Virus record (IMG/VR): IMGVR_UViG_3300023172_000113
Location: 1-32,189 of that record
Strand: one strand, 5' to 3'
DNA from: a virus
Taxonomy: Duplodnaviria; Caudoviricetes
DNA length: 32,189 nucleotides
Position 1 is the stretch's first letter; every line of letters begins with the position of its first letter. The notes beneath the pieces were generated by a model, which did no database searches, had not been told where the DNA came from, and saw nothing but the letters and a program-made list of their open reading frames with translations. The translations under genes and the position numbers were made by a program. Positions 25,927 to 32,189 of the stretch are shown in pieces.

Positions 25927-27831
25927 TCAAAAAATTTCACAAGACCCGCCAGCGCAAGCAATTTCTCCGCTTAGGTCTGTGTTATCTTCTGACTCTATCA
26001 CCTTTGTTAAATCTACCTTTGTCAAGGTATTCAATAAATCGTAGTAAGCACCCATTCTAATTGTCTCAAACGGGGCTTGCTTATATGTTCCTCCGTCATA
26101 GGGTAAAACAGACAGGCCATTGTAGTATTTTCTGTTTGTCCACATCCATTCCCCGACTTCATCCCATTCATATTTACGAATAGATACAGTAGCCGACACA
26201 TTATGGGAGTTCATGCCCGAAACATGGCCTCCTTTGACCCATGTGCGACTGATATTCTTAACCCTATGAAGCATATTCAAAGCCGTTTCTTCGCCTCGGA
26301 GGATGGCTTTTTCTGGTGCTTTTTGGGGTAATGAAATGACCGCCGTATCATGTGGTCGGAAGTATTCATCCTCAATCAGTTCTGGGTGATTTTGAGCCAG
26401 ATAATCATAGATAGCCTCATTCTTTCCAACACGGATTCTTCTAATATAAAATTCGTCATGCCATGCGTGAATACCGCTTGATGTTCCAAGAACACATGAA
26501 GTAGTTCCTGCTGGTTTAACACAAGTTTGTCTTGCCGCAGGGTTAATTCCAATTTCTTTTGCTATTGATTCATTAGTTGCTTTAATTGCATTAGTGATAC
26601 GCTTAAAATCCATTTTCTTAACACGGTTAGAAGCAATACCTGTCATAGATACACCAATTAATGCATCACGCTCGGTATTTTTTTGCCAAATCTCCCTTAG
26701 ATAATGAAAATCAGTATAACCTGCTTGTAGGGTAGCAATAATGGTAGCGGCTACTGCTCTTTTAATTAAATCCTCTTCGTCAATAACATCAGAAGAGTTA
26801 ATTTCTACCAAGTTACAAAATTGATTTGGTCGTAATGCGATTTCACAGCATGGGTTAGTGCCCCAATCTTTATCATTGGTAAAATAAATTCCTGGTTCAC
26901 CAGCACCAGATGCTTCAATATAATTCCATAGTTCATCAAAGTCCTTTTTCTCAACTTTACTTCGCACTAATACGGCAGAATTGTTTGCTCGCCCACGCTG
27001 AGGATTTAGTTCCCACCAATTACCTGATTTTGCAGTAAGCATATCATAATCATCACGGCTAAACAAAGAAATTAGAGCCGCACGACGAATACCACCAGCC
27101 AAAACTGCATCAGCAATATGACACATAATATCATGCACTTGAATAGGTTCTAATTGCTCATAATTAGTAGTATTTTTTAGAATACCTTCTATTTTATTAA
27201 TGGCAATTTTTAGTGGTTCAGGGCCTGGGGCTTTTCCTCCAGATGTGATTAATCGTTCACCTTTTAATCGCACATCAGAATAATCAAAGATTGGTGTTGA
27301 TGTATTTTGTCCAAAGTATGATTTAACCAAGACCTTAACTGCATCAGCCCATCCTTCAATAGAATCACCAATCAAATATCGGCGTTTTCTATTAGGGTTG
27401 GGGTGTATAACAGGAGGCAATCGTGATACATGGTGTTTTTGGACTGAATATCCAACACCTGTCCCTCCAAGTAAAAGGAACATTGACTCACTAAATGCTG
27501 CTATGTTATCAATAGGCATATAGGCACAGTTATAGATTCGGTTAGGGCTCAATTCAATAGGCTTTCCAGCAAATTGCATTGAACGCATAGATGGTAGAAT
27601 TTTCTTACTTCTCACAAATTCATAGGCATTAGTAATCACTTCTTCCAAATTAGGGTATTTCTTAATATGCATATTCATATTTCTATCACAAAGTTCATCC
27701 CAAGTCTCTCTTCGTTGTAGTTCTGGGATGTATTTTGCATATTTCATATGAACAGTAATATCGCTCAAAATTTCATTAGGGTTTATGTCTGGCATAATTT
27801 CACTTCCAGTATTTTTTTCATATTGTTCCAT
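25927..27831 (-). CDS. nrdJ: Class II (B12-dependent) monomeric-type ribonucleotide reductase
   Basis: YNCA, GGTGVG, RRAALI, TNPCCEI, VKPAGT, C-terminal CAGGSC; no beta subunit nearby. Confidence 0.92.
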   Translation of the reverse strand: MEQYEKNTGSEIMPDINPNEILSDITVHMKYAKYIPELQRRETWDELCDRNMNMHIKKYPNLEEVITNAYEFVRSKKILPSMRSMQFAGKPIELSPNRIYNCAYMPIDNIAAFSESMFLLLGGTGVGYSVQKHHVSRLPPVIHPNPNRKRRYLIGDSIEGWADAVKVLVKSYFGQNTSTPIFDYSDVRLKGERLITSGGKAPGPEPLKIAINKIEGILKNTTNYEQLEPIQVHDIMCHIADAVLAGGIRRAALISLFSRDDYDMLTAKSGNWWELNPQRGRANNSAVLVRSKVEKKDFDELWNYIEASGAGEPGIYFTNDKDWGTNPCCEIALRPNQFCNLVEINSSDVIDEEDLIKRAVAATIIATLQAGYTDFHYLREIWQKNTERDALIGVSMTGIASNRVKKMDFKRITNAIKATNESIAKEIGINPAARQTCVKPAGTTSCVLGTSSGIHAWHDEFYIRRIRVGKNEAIYDYLAQNHPELIEDEYFRPHDTAVISLPQKAPEKAILRGEETALNMLHRVKNISRTWVKGGHVSGMNSHNVSATVSIRKYEWDEVGEWMWTNRKYYNGLSVLPYDGGTYKQAPFETIRMGAYYDLLNTLTKVDLTKVIESEDNTDLSGEIACAGGSCEIF

Positions 27832-27843
27832 TGTTATAAAAGT

Positions 27844-28092
27844 TTAGATTCTACCTATAAAGGCGTTGTAATCCTTAGCATACCTAGGGTTATAACAATC
27901 ATCACAAATAAAACCATAAAGAGGTTGTGTATTTACATTTGCCCATGATATTGGTGCTTTTACCGTAATTTCCTTATCTTTTTTACCATGCTTGCTTGTA
28001 GATGTAGGTAGCGTAATTACACTAACTGCACCATAAGGCTGCTTGGTATCTTTATCCACAATTATTTTCTTTTTACATGTTATACATTTCAT
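27844..28092 (-). CDS. Small CxxC...CxxC protein
   Basis: MKCITC...FICDDCY. Confidence 0.65.
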   Translation of the reverse strand: MKCITCKKKIIVDKDTKQPYGAVSVITLPTSTSKHGKKDKEITVKAPISWANVNTQPLYGFICDDCYNPRYAKDYNAFIGRI

Positions 28093-28313
28093 ATTTGTTC
28101 ACCATCCTTTCTGAAAACCTTCCTAACTGAAGATTTAATTTCATGATAGATACCCTTTACTTTAGGGCTTTTAGACACGCTGACAGTTTTAATTGTCCCT
28201 GTATCTTTGTTTTGAATCTTGAATATTAGATGTTTTTTAATCTCGTAGCCAATAACGACTACATTCAAGGTTTCTATTTCTTTTGCTATTTTGTCAATTT
28301 CTTTCTTTTTCAT
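28089..28313 (-). CDS. Small basic protein, possibly HicA/dsRBD-like
   Basis: alpha-beta-beta-beta-alpha pattern with KKHLIF and VSVSKSP. Confidence 0.5.
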   Translation of the reverse strand: MKKKEIDKIAKEIETLNVVVIGYEIKKHLIFKIQNKDTGTIKTVSVSKSPKVKGIYHEIKSSVRKVFRKDGEQI

Positions 28314-28336
28314 TCTCCTACCTCCCTATGAATAGG

Positions 28337-28408
28337 CGGGCATAGAGGGAATTGAACCCCCATCTTCGGCTTAGAAGGCCAAAATGCTATCCATTACACC
28401 ATATGCCC
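28337..28408 (-). tRNA. tRNA-Arg(UCU)
   Basis: GGGCATA acceptor stem, TGGTGTAATGGATAGCA D-arm, anticodon loop CTTCTAA, T-loop TTCAATT; no encoded CCA. Confidence 0.93.
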
Positions 28409-28412
28409 AAAG

Positions 28413-28497
28413 TGGCGAGAGTGGGATTTGAACCCACGAATCACTTAGGAACAGGATTTTAAGCCCTGCGCTTTTAACCATGCTCAGCCATCTCGCC
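28413..28497 (-). tRNA. tRNA-Leu(UAA)
   Basis: GGCGAGA/TCTCGCC acceptor stem, anticodon loop CTTAAAA, long variable arm, GTGGG-TTCAAAT-CCCAC T-arm, discriminator A. Confidence 0.93.
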
Positions 28498-28789
28498 GTA
28501 TGTATTCTACATTGTAATCATTACAATATTTTTTAAGAGCACTAACATGGACATCATCCTTAGTGTTATAGTCCATGTTATTATAAACTTGTATAAGTTC
28601 AGTCAAATACAAGGATTTTAGTTCTTCGGGTAAATCCGAATCTACTGCTTCTTCAAAATGACGAAGAAGTATTTCCAAACCTCCATACATCTTAACATCT
28701 TTATCGTGTTGCTTCGCCCGCTTAATTTCTTCACGGAAGGTAAGGTATAATTTAGGGATGTTCTTAATAGTATACCATATTGCCTTCAT
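28484..28789 (-). CDS. Hypothetical protein
   Basis: ATGA-coupled; its stop lies inside tRNA-Leu. Confidence 0.6.
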   Translation of the reverse strand: MKAIWYTIKNIPKLYLTFREEIKRAKQHDKDVKMYGGLEILLRHFEEAVDSDLPEELKSLYLTELIQVYNNMDYNTKDDVHVSALKKYCNDYNVEYIRRDG

Positions 28790-29133
28790 TCTAAGCCCTC
28801 TTCAAATTCTGCTTCAATGTCAAGATAAGTAAAAATTTCAAGAGCCTCTTTAATTCGTCGTTCTTGACTTTTCCCGTTTTTGTATTGACAGGTTCTTCTC
28901 AATAAATTAATTAGTTCATTTTTATATACATTTGCCGTAATGAAATGTTTTTTCTTTAATTCTTCAACTTGAGATTTAACACCTAAAATAGTAAATTTAC
29001 ATTTCATCCAATGAAATGGGTTACTATATGAGGTGGTTGCTGTTTTATTTTCACGATAGTCCTCAGCCAAATAAATAGTCAGGCCTTCCAAAATATCAGT
29101 ATCAATTTCTGTTAATTCAATCATATTAATCAC
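28786..29133 (-). CDS. Hypothetical protein
   Basis: 115-aa ORF in the co-oriented block. Confidence 0.6.
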   Translation of the reverse strand: MINMIELTEIDTDILEGLTIYLAEDYRENKTATTSYSNPFHWMKCKFTILGVKSQVEELKKKHFITANVYKNELINLLRRTCQYKNGKSQERRIKEALEIFTYLDIEAEFEEGLE

Positions 29134-29145
29134 TTTTTAAAAAAA

Positions 29146-29216
29146 TGGTTCTAACCGCAATTCGGCTACATAAGAGTAGGTCAAACCAAGCCTACAATTG
29201 GATTATATAAAAATCC
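29146..29216 (-). ncRNA. Candidate pseudoknotted 3'-UTR RNA followed by a U7 tract
   Basis: GGAUU/AAUCC hairpin; GUAGG/CCUAC stem whose loop UGGUUU pairs with downstream GAACCA; intervening UAGCCG/CGGUUA hairpin. Confidence 0.5.
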
Positions 29217-29423
29217 TTACTCGTTTCCACCAACAATTGCCTGAGCGAGCATAACTTCATTGACTTCATCAAAGTTGATGTTGGTAATATCCTCACGAGT
29301 TACGAGTTCTCCATCAACATAAGTCCAATGAGTCGGATGCTCAATAATCTGGTCAAGAACCTCACTTGCAGAAAGAGAAAGTTCGGTGTGTCCCGTTTCA
29401 TTCAAAATCGTCAATTTCACCAT
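29217..29423 (-). CDS. Ubiquitin-like (ThiS/MoaD/SAMP beta-grasp) protein precursor
   Basis: 68 aa; VDGELV (cf. ThiS VNGEIV); terminal strand EVMLAQAIVGG followed by a 2-aa extension NE. Confidence 0.75.
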   Translation of the reverse strand: MVKLTILNETGHTELSLSASEVLDQIIEHPTHWTYVDGELVTREDITNINFDEVNEVMLAQAIVGGNE

Positions 29424-29428
29424 TTATC

Positions 29429-29737
29429 TCACTCTCCAAAAACAGGTCGGCCTTCCGAAGTAAATTCACCACCATTAGTCAAATGCTTGACAACGGCCTT
29501 TTCCATCTTTCGGCGGGTTGAAGCAATTCGCTTTTCGCTGATAACTCCAAGAGTCAAAAGCGTGTTCAGCGTTTCGTTGATGTATTCGCTTGCAGTTGCG
29601 TATTGCTCTTTTTGCGTTGCATCAAGATAAACTCCACCCGTTGCACGACTCATAATTCGTCGCATTTCAAACTCGGTAATGAGTCCTTCGTTCATTTGTT
29701 CATTCAGTTGTTGTTCCAATTGGTTCACATCAGTCAT
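29429..29737 (-). CDS. Hypothetical protein, first gene after the promoter
   Basis: AGGTGA RBS; directly upstream of the Ubl gene. Confidence 0.7.
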   Translation of the reverse strand: MTDVNQLEQQLNEQMNEGLITEFEMRRIMSRATGGVYLDATQKEQYATASEYINETLNTLLTLGVISEKRIASTRRKMEKAVVKHLTNGGEFTSEGRPVFGE

Positions 29738-29803
29738 ATTTTTTCACCTTTTTTCGTGGAACACTAAAGCAGTTCCGTTCTATCTTTAACACAGTAGTTC
29801 AAG

Positions 29804-29818
29804 CCTATAAACATTTAC
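29804..29818 (-). promoter_or_regulatory. Putative archaeal BRE/TATA promoter
   Basis: GTAAATG-TTTATAGG in the intergenic gap upstream of 29737; the leader has a GGAAC/GTTCC hairpin. Confidence 0.5.
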
Positions 29819-29862
29819 ACGCTCTAATCTTTTGCATTTTGGGCGACAACCCAATATCAAAG

Positions 29863-30135
29863 TCAGTCGTTTTGACTGACATTTGAATCTCTAACTTTCC
29901 AGATGCAGACTTCTTTACCACCAAATTCAGGGTAGTCTTCGTTGCCCGACCTCTGTATTTTTACTACTCCTACCTTCTCAAAATTCTTATTCTTTGAGAG
30001 GAGGTTGGTTAGTGCTGTCATAACTATACCTTGCTTTCCCTCATTTGCGAAATCATAGATTTCATGAGTGCTTGCCTCACCCCTTTCATTTAGCCATTTG
30101 ACTATTCTCACCGTCATTTTTTTGTATTTTACCAT
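29863..30135 (-). CDS. Winged-helix DNA-binding protein
   Basis: WLNERGEASTHEIYDF...LTNLLSKNKNFEKVG...IWKV pattern. Confidence 0.6.
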   Translation of the reverse strand: MVKYKKMTVRIVKWLNERGEASTHEIYDFANEGKQGIVMTALTNLLSKNKNFEKVGVVKIQRSGNEDYPEFGGKEVCIWKVRDSNVSQND

Positions 30136-30238
30136 GCCTAAACATCTCCTTTTTACTACTTAAAGTATTAGTCCAACAATAACAGCACATGGCATTTTTC
30201 GTTGGAATAAATACATCACACATTACACAAAAGGGCAT
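30086..30238 (-). CDS. 50-aa Cys-rich microprotein (not in ORF track)
   Basis: MPFCVMCDVFIPTKNAMCCYCW...; TAATG-coupled with a GGAGG RBS. Confidence 0.5.
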   Translation of the reverse strand: MPFCVMCDVFIPTKNAMCCYCWTNTLSSKKEMFRHGKIQKNDGENSQMAK

Positions 30239-30399
30239 TACTCTTCCTCCTTATATTCGCTGATTATTTGCTGAGCAATTATCTTAGCATCATACCAAGA
30301 TTTGCCCAATTGAAGAAAGATAAACCATGCAATCTTGTCAGCACTATATTTTCGCACCAACATTTGCTCAATTCTGCGATTTATGGTCTCTTTTTTCAT
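30238..30399 (-). CDS. 53-aa hypothetical protein (not in ORF track)
   Basis: MKKETINRRIEQMLVRKYSADKIAWFIFLQLGKSWYDAKIIAQQIISEYKEEE. Confidence 0.55.
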   Translation of the reverse strand: MKKETINRRIEQMLVRKYSADKIAWFIFLQLGKSWYDAKIIAQQIISEYKEEE

Positions 30400-30401
30400 T
30401 T

Positions 30402-30698
30402 TTACATTCCCTTCCCGTAACCGTTGGTATTTCCAGAGCCTTGTCTCAAAGCAATCAGAAGTAGAGTTAGATAGCCAATCAAATCTTTGACGACATCCTC
30501 ATCACTTTCCATTGAGTCATTACCTTGCATTAAACGATTCAGTTTATCATCAATTCTAACCCTTAGTCCTGCATCCTTTCCTAACTTGGAAAAGATGCTA
30601 ATTGGGTTCATGACAGAATCGCCATATTGTTCATTCTTCTGAATCAAGAAATCTCTCAATTCGTTCATCGTTTTTCGTATCTCTTCTTGGGTATTCAT
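30402..30698 (-). CDS. DUF1599 / nucleotide-modification-associated domain 1 protein
   Basis: KNEQYGDS...RIDDKLNRL...EDVVKDLIGY; true start MNTQEE (98 aa). Confidence 0.8.
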   Translation of the reverse strand: MNTQEEIRKTMNELRDFLIQKNEQYGDSVMNPISIFSKLGKDAGLRVRIDDKLNRLMQGNDSMESDEDVVKDLIGYLTLLLIALRQGSGNTNGYGKGM

Positions 30699-30789
30699 TT
30701 TTTTCCACCATTGTTGTTTTTGCAAAATATTATCAATTTCATGATTGCAATGAGTTATATTAAGACATGATAACTCTATCATTTTGGGT

Positions 30790-31100
30790 GCTTTTCCCAT
30801 TATCCCATCGGTCAAAATGGGCGAGAAAACAAAACGCAAGACCTTTCCTGCATTATCTCGGTCAAAATGACCGTTTTCCCACTTTTCCCATTTTCCCATG
30901 AGGGGGTCAGCCACAGACACACACACATACATATTAAGTCGCTCATAATGATAGAGAAAGAAGAAAGGTAAAGGTAAGGTAAGGAAGGGATGGGAAAAGG
31001 GGAAAAGGTAAGAAATAGAACATAATGACTTAGATAATCTATAATATCTCTTACAAAATGTTTTCCCATACCAATGAGAAAACATGGGAAATCCCATTGA
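30790..31100. repeat. Cluster of TTTTCCCA-type motifs, CGGTCAAAATG x2, AAGGT and CA microrepeats
   Basis: ttttccca at ~30792, three times in tandem at ~30874-30898 and at ~31061; inverted tgggaaa at ~30991 and ~31085; cggtcaaaatg at ~30810 and ~30859. Confidence 0.7.
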
Positions 31101-31375
31101 GAATTAAGTAGGTCATAATGAGGGAGATAAATATACATAATATAATTGAATAAATTAAATCAGTTAAAATTATGTTGATAATAATAGATATAGTTTATAT
31201 AATGACTTGGATATAACTACATAAAAGAAGTAAATTGATAGAGAAAGTCGGCCTCCGACCCCCCATGAGGCCACCCCCTCCGACCCTCGCCCCCTTATAA
31301 GCGACGGCGCACCTGAGCCAGCCCCCTATATGATAACAAAAGGAGGCTTCATAATCATATATATGACGCATCTAC

Positions 31376-31387
31376 AACCATATGGTT
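31376..31387. repeat. Palindrome AACCATATGGTT, copy 1
   Basis: Perfect 12-bp palindrome, recurring at 32129-32142. Confidence 0.85.
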
Positions 31388-31432
31388 AGTAACTTACTAT
31401 TAAGTGGTAATTGCGCTCTTTGAGAAGCAATT

Positions 31433-31448
31433 AAAAACCCCGAAGGGC
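31433..31448 (-). terminator. Small UUCG-loop hairpin plus U5
   Basis: GCCC-TTCG-GGGT-TTTT downstream of 31530..32072. Confidence 0.4.
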
Positions 31449-31529
31449 GGACATATTTTTTTGGGGGCAGGAAAATATCCGAAAACCTGCGGATTGACTT
31501 TCATCAATCCTCTTCTTCAAAGACCCCCA

Positions 31530-32072
31530 TCATGCAGAATCCTCCGCATTGGATTCTTCAACCTCTACTTCAAAGACAGGTGCGGCTTGAGTCCAATCCT
31601 CCCCATCACGGAACATTTTCTTCAAACGGCTCATGTGCGTTTTGTCCTCCTTTTCATTCCAATGTTCAAACGAAGGGTGTCGGAAGGTTTGTCGTTCTTC
31701 ACCAACCTTGATTGAGAAGGTTGGCTTTTGGTTGTCGGGGCAGGCATCCCAAAATGCCCGCCGAGCAGGATGCAGGGATTTGACTTCGTTCTCCATAGCC
31801 CGAAGCACCTTTTTGTCAATCTTTGTGTTAGACCAATTGTTGAAGCCGTATTCGCCGTTCTCAATTTCAGCGGCAAATTCGCTTCGCCATTGTTTCACAA
31901 TGTTTGAACGGGTAGAGGCGGTTCGCTTTCCACGACGAAGGTTTAGTTTGACTAATTCAAGTCGGTCTTCTTCACCTTCAGTAGTGGGTTCAAAACCCTC
32001 AATCCATGCCTCAACAGGCACAATCATGTTCGTCCATCGTTCATCGCTCATTTCTTTCTTGTTGGCTACCAT
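31530..32072 (-). CDS. Hypothetical protein, stand-alone and visibly more GC-rich
   Basis: GGTGA RBS; charged 180-aa product. Confidence 0.75.
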   Translation of the reverse strand: MVANKKEMSDERWTNMIVPVEAWIEGFEPTTEGEEDRLELVKLNLRRGKRTASTRSNIVKQWRSEFAAEIENGEYGFNNWSNTKIDKKVLRAMENEVKSLHPARRAFWDACPDNQKPTFSIKVGEERQTFRHPSFEHWNEKEDKTHMSRLKKMFRDGEDWTQAAPVFEVEVEESNAEDSA

Positions 32073-32128
32073 TGTTTCACCGATAATATGACTTCAACCC
32101 CACTAATAGGGTTGCGAATACAAAGTAG

Positions 32129-32142
32129 CAACCATATGGTTG
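32129..32142. repeat. Palindrome CAACCATATGGTTG, copy 2
   Basis: Perfect 14-bp palindrome upstream of the 180-aa gene. Confidence 0.85.
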
Positions 32143-32189
32143 TAATGCTTTGCAATGAAAACCTTAAGCGAATTAACAACCATGTTTTC

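Noticed and set aside
7191-27831. Inteins or introns in PolB, RFC, ligase or RNR
   Set aside because: Lengths and motif spacing are normal, and no intein splice-junction signatures were seen.
28337-28497. tRNAs as a provirus attachment site
   Set aside because: No integrase or duplicated tRNA 3' end is present, and viral-type genes continue on both sides.
30699-31138. N-terminal extension of the 231-aa ORF and the 108-aa ORF
   Set aside because: These are low-complexity translations of the repeat region; the recognisable domain starts at 30698.
2064-32091. Plus-strand ORFs antisense to the minus block (e.g. 2064..2552, 12468..13292, 18261..18755, 31633..32091) and nested off-frame minus ORFs
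   Set aside because: They are shadows of well-supported genes, with no motifs or RBS.

Overview
This window is a fragment of a tailed dsDNA virus of archaea. Its gene content and GGTGA-type ribosome-binding sites best fit a magrovirus (host inferred as Marine Group II / Ca. Poseidoniales). Bases 1-1334 on the + strand are the AT-rich end of a structural module. A GC-rich hairpin separates this from a tightly coupled, ~29 kb minus-strand block. That block encodes an almost complete archaeal-type replisome and repair set (DEDD exonuclease, MCM-like helicase, XPF/ERCC4 nuclease, fused PriS-PriL primase, Cas4-like nuclease, HNH, PolB, PCNA, RecA-fold ATPase, SSB, RFC small and large subunits, ATP ligase, DenV-like glycosylase). 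It also encodes nucleotide metabolism (GMP reductase/IMPDH family, class II RNR, DUF1599), tRNA-Leu(UAA), tRNA-Arg(UCU) and many Cys-rich microproteins. The main finding is a candidate virus-encoded ubiquitin-like conjugation system: a beta-grasp Ubl precursor ending GG-NE, a ThiF/E1 enzyme, an E2-like protein and a JAB/JAMM protease, with a TFB-like factor between E2 and E1. Also notable are a histone-fold protein with an acidic tail, three structured intergenic RNA candidates and a repeat-rich non-coding region at ~30.7-31.5 kb. All calls come from motif reading by eye; no searches were run.
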